A stretch of DNA of 64,000 bases from positions 1-64,000 of the forward strand of contig JBCBZT010000031.1 in NCBI GenBank assembly GCA_039815185.1, read 5' to 3'. A program made the translations under genes and the position numbers. Source of the stretch: Cyanobacteria bacterium P01_A01_bin.123. Its GTDB lineage: Bacteria; Cyanobacteriota; Cyanobacteriia; Phormidesmidales; Phormidesmidaceae. Of this stretch, positions 62,406 to 64,000 are shown one piece after another. Position 1 is the first letter of the stretch. Each line of letters opens with the position of its first letter. The notes under the pieces were generated by a model, which made no database searches, was not told the origin of the DNA, and saw only the letters and a program-made list of their open reading frames with translations.

Positions 62406-63791
62406 ATGATTAATGACAGGTGTGAAGATAAGTTACTTCTGGAAAGGAGTCGCATTAGTTACGAAGAATTAAAGAAGCATTCTACTTATTCGGATGCGTG
62501 GATTGCAATCAACGGTCTTGTTTACGATATTACAGATTTTATTCCCAAACACCCTTTTGGTGACACCTTTAGAGGAAGTTTGGGGACAGATTGTAGCGGT
62601 TTATTCTCATCTGCACACATCCATACTAATGTAGAAAACCTCATCACAAATGAACGGTTTTTGAAGGAAAATGGCATAAAGGTAGTGGGTCATCTCGATA
62701 TAGGCCAAGATTATTTATACAAAGATAACGACAGTAAATACCTGGATAGAATAATTTACAAAAAACTCTGTAATGATGAGTTTTGGTTGGAGCTAAAAAC
62801 CAAGGTTCACGAATATTTGATAGAAAATAATGAGTCGACACACTACTCTACACTTGAAGGGACAATTTATCTTCTATATTATTCTATTATATTCGTATTG
62901 CTATCATATCTAACCTGGATAAATTTCTCAGCCTTTTCAGCAGTACTATTAGGATTCCATATGGTTTGTGCATCAGCAGGTATGTCCCATATGGTTGCAC
63001 ATTTTGGCTTCACAGGAAATAAGTTACTAAATTTCGTCGCTTTGCATCTTATGGATCTAGGCGGATACTCATGGTTAGAATGGCAAATTGCTCATCAGAC
63101 ACATCATAATCAACCTCATTCATCCATAGATTATCAAACTAATCAATATGCCCCCATACGTATTCATAAGTATGTAGAATATAATAATCATCACAAATAC
63201 CAGTACATTTATTTTTGGATAGGGATTTTGTTTTATCATTCTCGCATTTTCCCCATGAGTACTATTTGGATGATTAAGAGTAGAGAGTTTGTGCGTCACA
63301 AATATGAGGTAATTGCACACATCTCTGCAAAAGTAGTCTTTCTTTCACTTGTCACTTATTGCGGATACCTGCACGGCGTTTGGAATGCCCTAATCCTGTT
63401 AACCGTATATTCAATATCCTTCTCATTTTTCGCTTTCATCTTGCTCTACAATGATCATGAGGAAAACCATAATGTATTGGCGCTAAATGAAAATGTAAAT
63501 CTTTATCATAAGAAGTTTTCATGGGCTGAAGTTCAAGTCAGAACGTCTGGTAATTGGTATCCGACTAATTGGTTACTAGCCTTTGTCGAATTTCATTACG
63601 GCTACTTTAATTACCATATAGAACATCATTTGTTTCCAGCTTTTAAGCCAAGTTTATTGAAAAAGATAAGTCCAATCGTTAAACATGTATGCAATAAATA
63701 TGACATTCCATACATTTCAACATCATTTCTTGAGGTTCATAAATCATTTCAAGAACACATCAAGAAAATGGGACTTCCCCAGAATAATTAG
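62406..63791 (+). CDS. Membrane fatty-acid desaturase fused to an N-terminal cytochrome b5 domain
   Basis: AWIAINGLVYDITDFIPKHPFG...FSSAH; His boxes HMVAH, HQTHH, HIEHHLFP. Confidence 0.88.
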   Translation: MINDRCEDKLLLERSRISYEELKKHSTYSDAWIAINGLVYDITDFIPKHPFGDTFRGSLGTDCSGLFSSAHIHTNVENLITNERFLKENGIKVVGHLDIGQDYLYKDNDSKYLDRIIYKKLCNDEFWLELKTKVHEYLIENNESTHYSTLEGTIYLLYYSIIFVLLSYLTWINFSAFSAVLLGFHMVCASAGMSHMVAHFGFTGNKLLNFVALHLMDLGGYSWLEWQIAHQTHHNQPHSSIDYQTNQYAPIRIHKYVEYNNHHKYQYIYFWIGILFYHSRIFPMSTIWMIKSREFVRHKYEVIAHISAKVVFLSLVTYCGYLHGVWNALILLTVYSISFSFFAFILLYNDHEENHNVLALNENVNLYHKKFSWAEVQVRTSGNWYPTNWLLAFVEFHYGYFNYHIEHHLFPAFKPSLLKKISPIVKHVCNKYDIPYISTSFLEVHKSFQEHIKKMGLPQNN

Positions 63792-64000
63792 AGTTGAAAC
63801 AAACTTGCCTTAAGGCATCACTTTTCCGATATGGTGGTAGCTGCTAGACAAAAAAGGAAACTCTAACAGCAACGATCATAACTTTCGAGGTATCCTGAAT
63901 AGACGAGCTAGAGATTGTTTGAGCGTTATACTCGATTGGCAACGGCATTCTGAAAATCATTTATGGCGCATGATCCGGTAGTGCGTCTCGCTTCTCTTTA

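Overview
64 kb of a cyanobacterial chromosome. Evidence: frequent HIP1 octamers GCGATCGC, a monocistronic groEL2 with CIRCE, and Uma2, DUF4278 and PatB/CnfR-type genes. The left half is mostly core or semi-core genes: a caspase-TPR protein running off the window edge, CvfC-like HEAT protein, groEL2, WD40 protein, trmFO, hybrid kinase, M23 peptidase, photolyase, clpC, HAD hydrolase, an ABC ATPase followed by three tandem PDZ-like-domain permease paralogs, leuB and an amidase. From about 30.2 to 54.3 kb lies a surface-polysaccharide locus: capD-like dehydratase, ABC flippase, two sulfotransferases, five glycosyltransferases, a Wzy-like protein, epimerase, WbpL/WecA-like initiator, wzc and wza. 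Its AT-rich core holds an unusual TupA-like ATP-grasp + murB + murA cassette, the best candidate here for an undescribed pathway (inferred: lactyl-ether, possibly amino-acylated, modification of a sulfated exopolysaccharide). The right end carries a CAAX-protease fusion, Uma2, a MerR-like regulator with a palindromic operator, VOC, GNAT, a CnfR/PatB-like regulator with no nif genes in view, GFA, and an AT-rich cytochrome-b5-fused desaturase. A 105-bp MITE-like repeat occurs five times, once with a nested insertion and twice supplying a stop codon. No rRNA, tRNA, CRISPR array or transposase was recognised. All calls are by-eye motif recognition; no searches were run.
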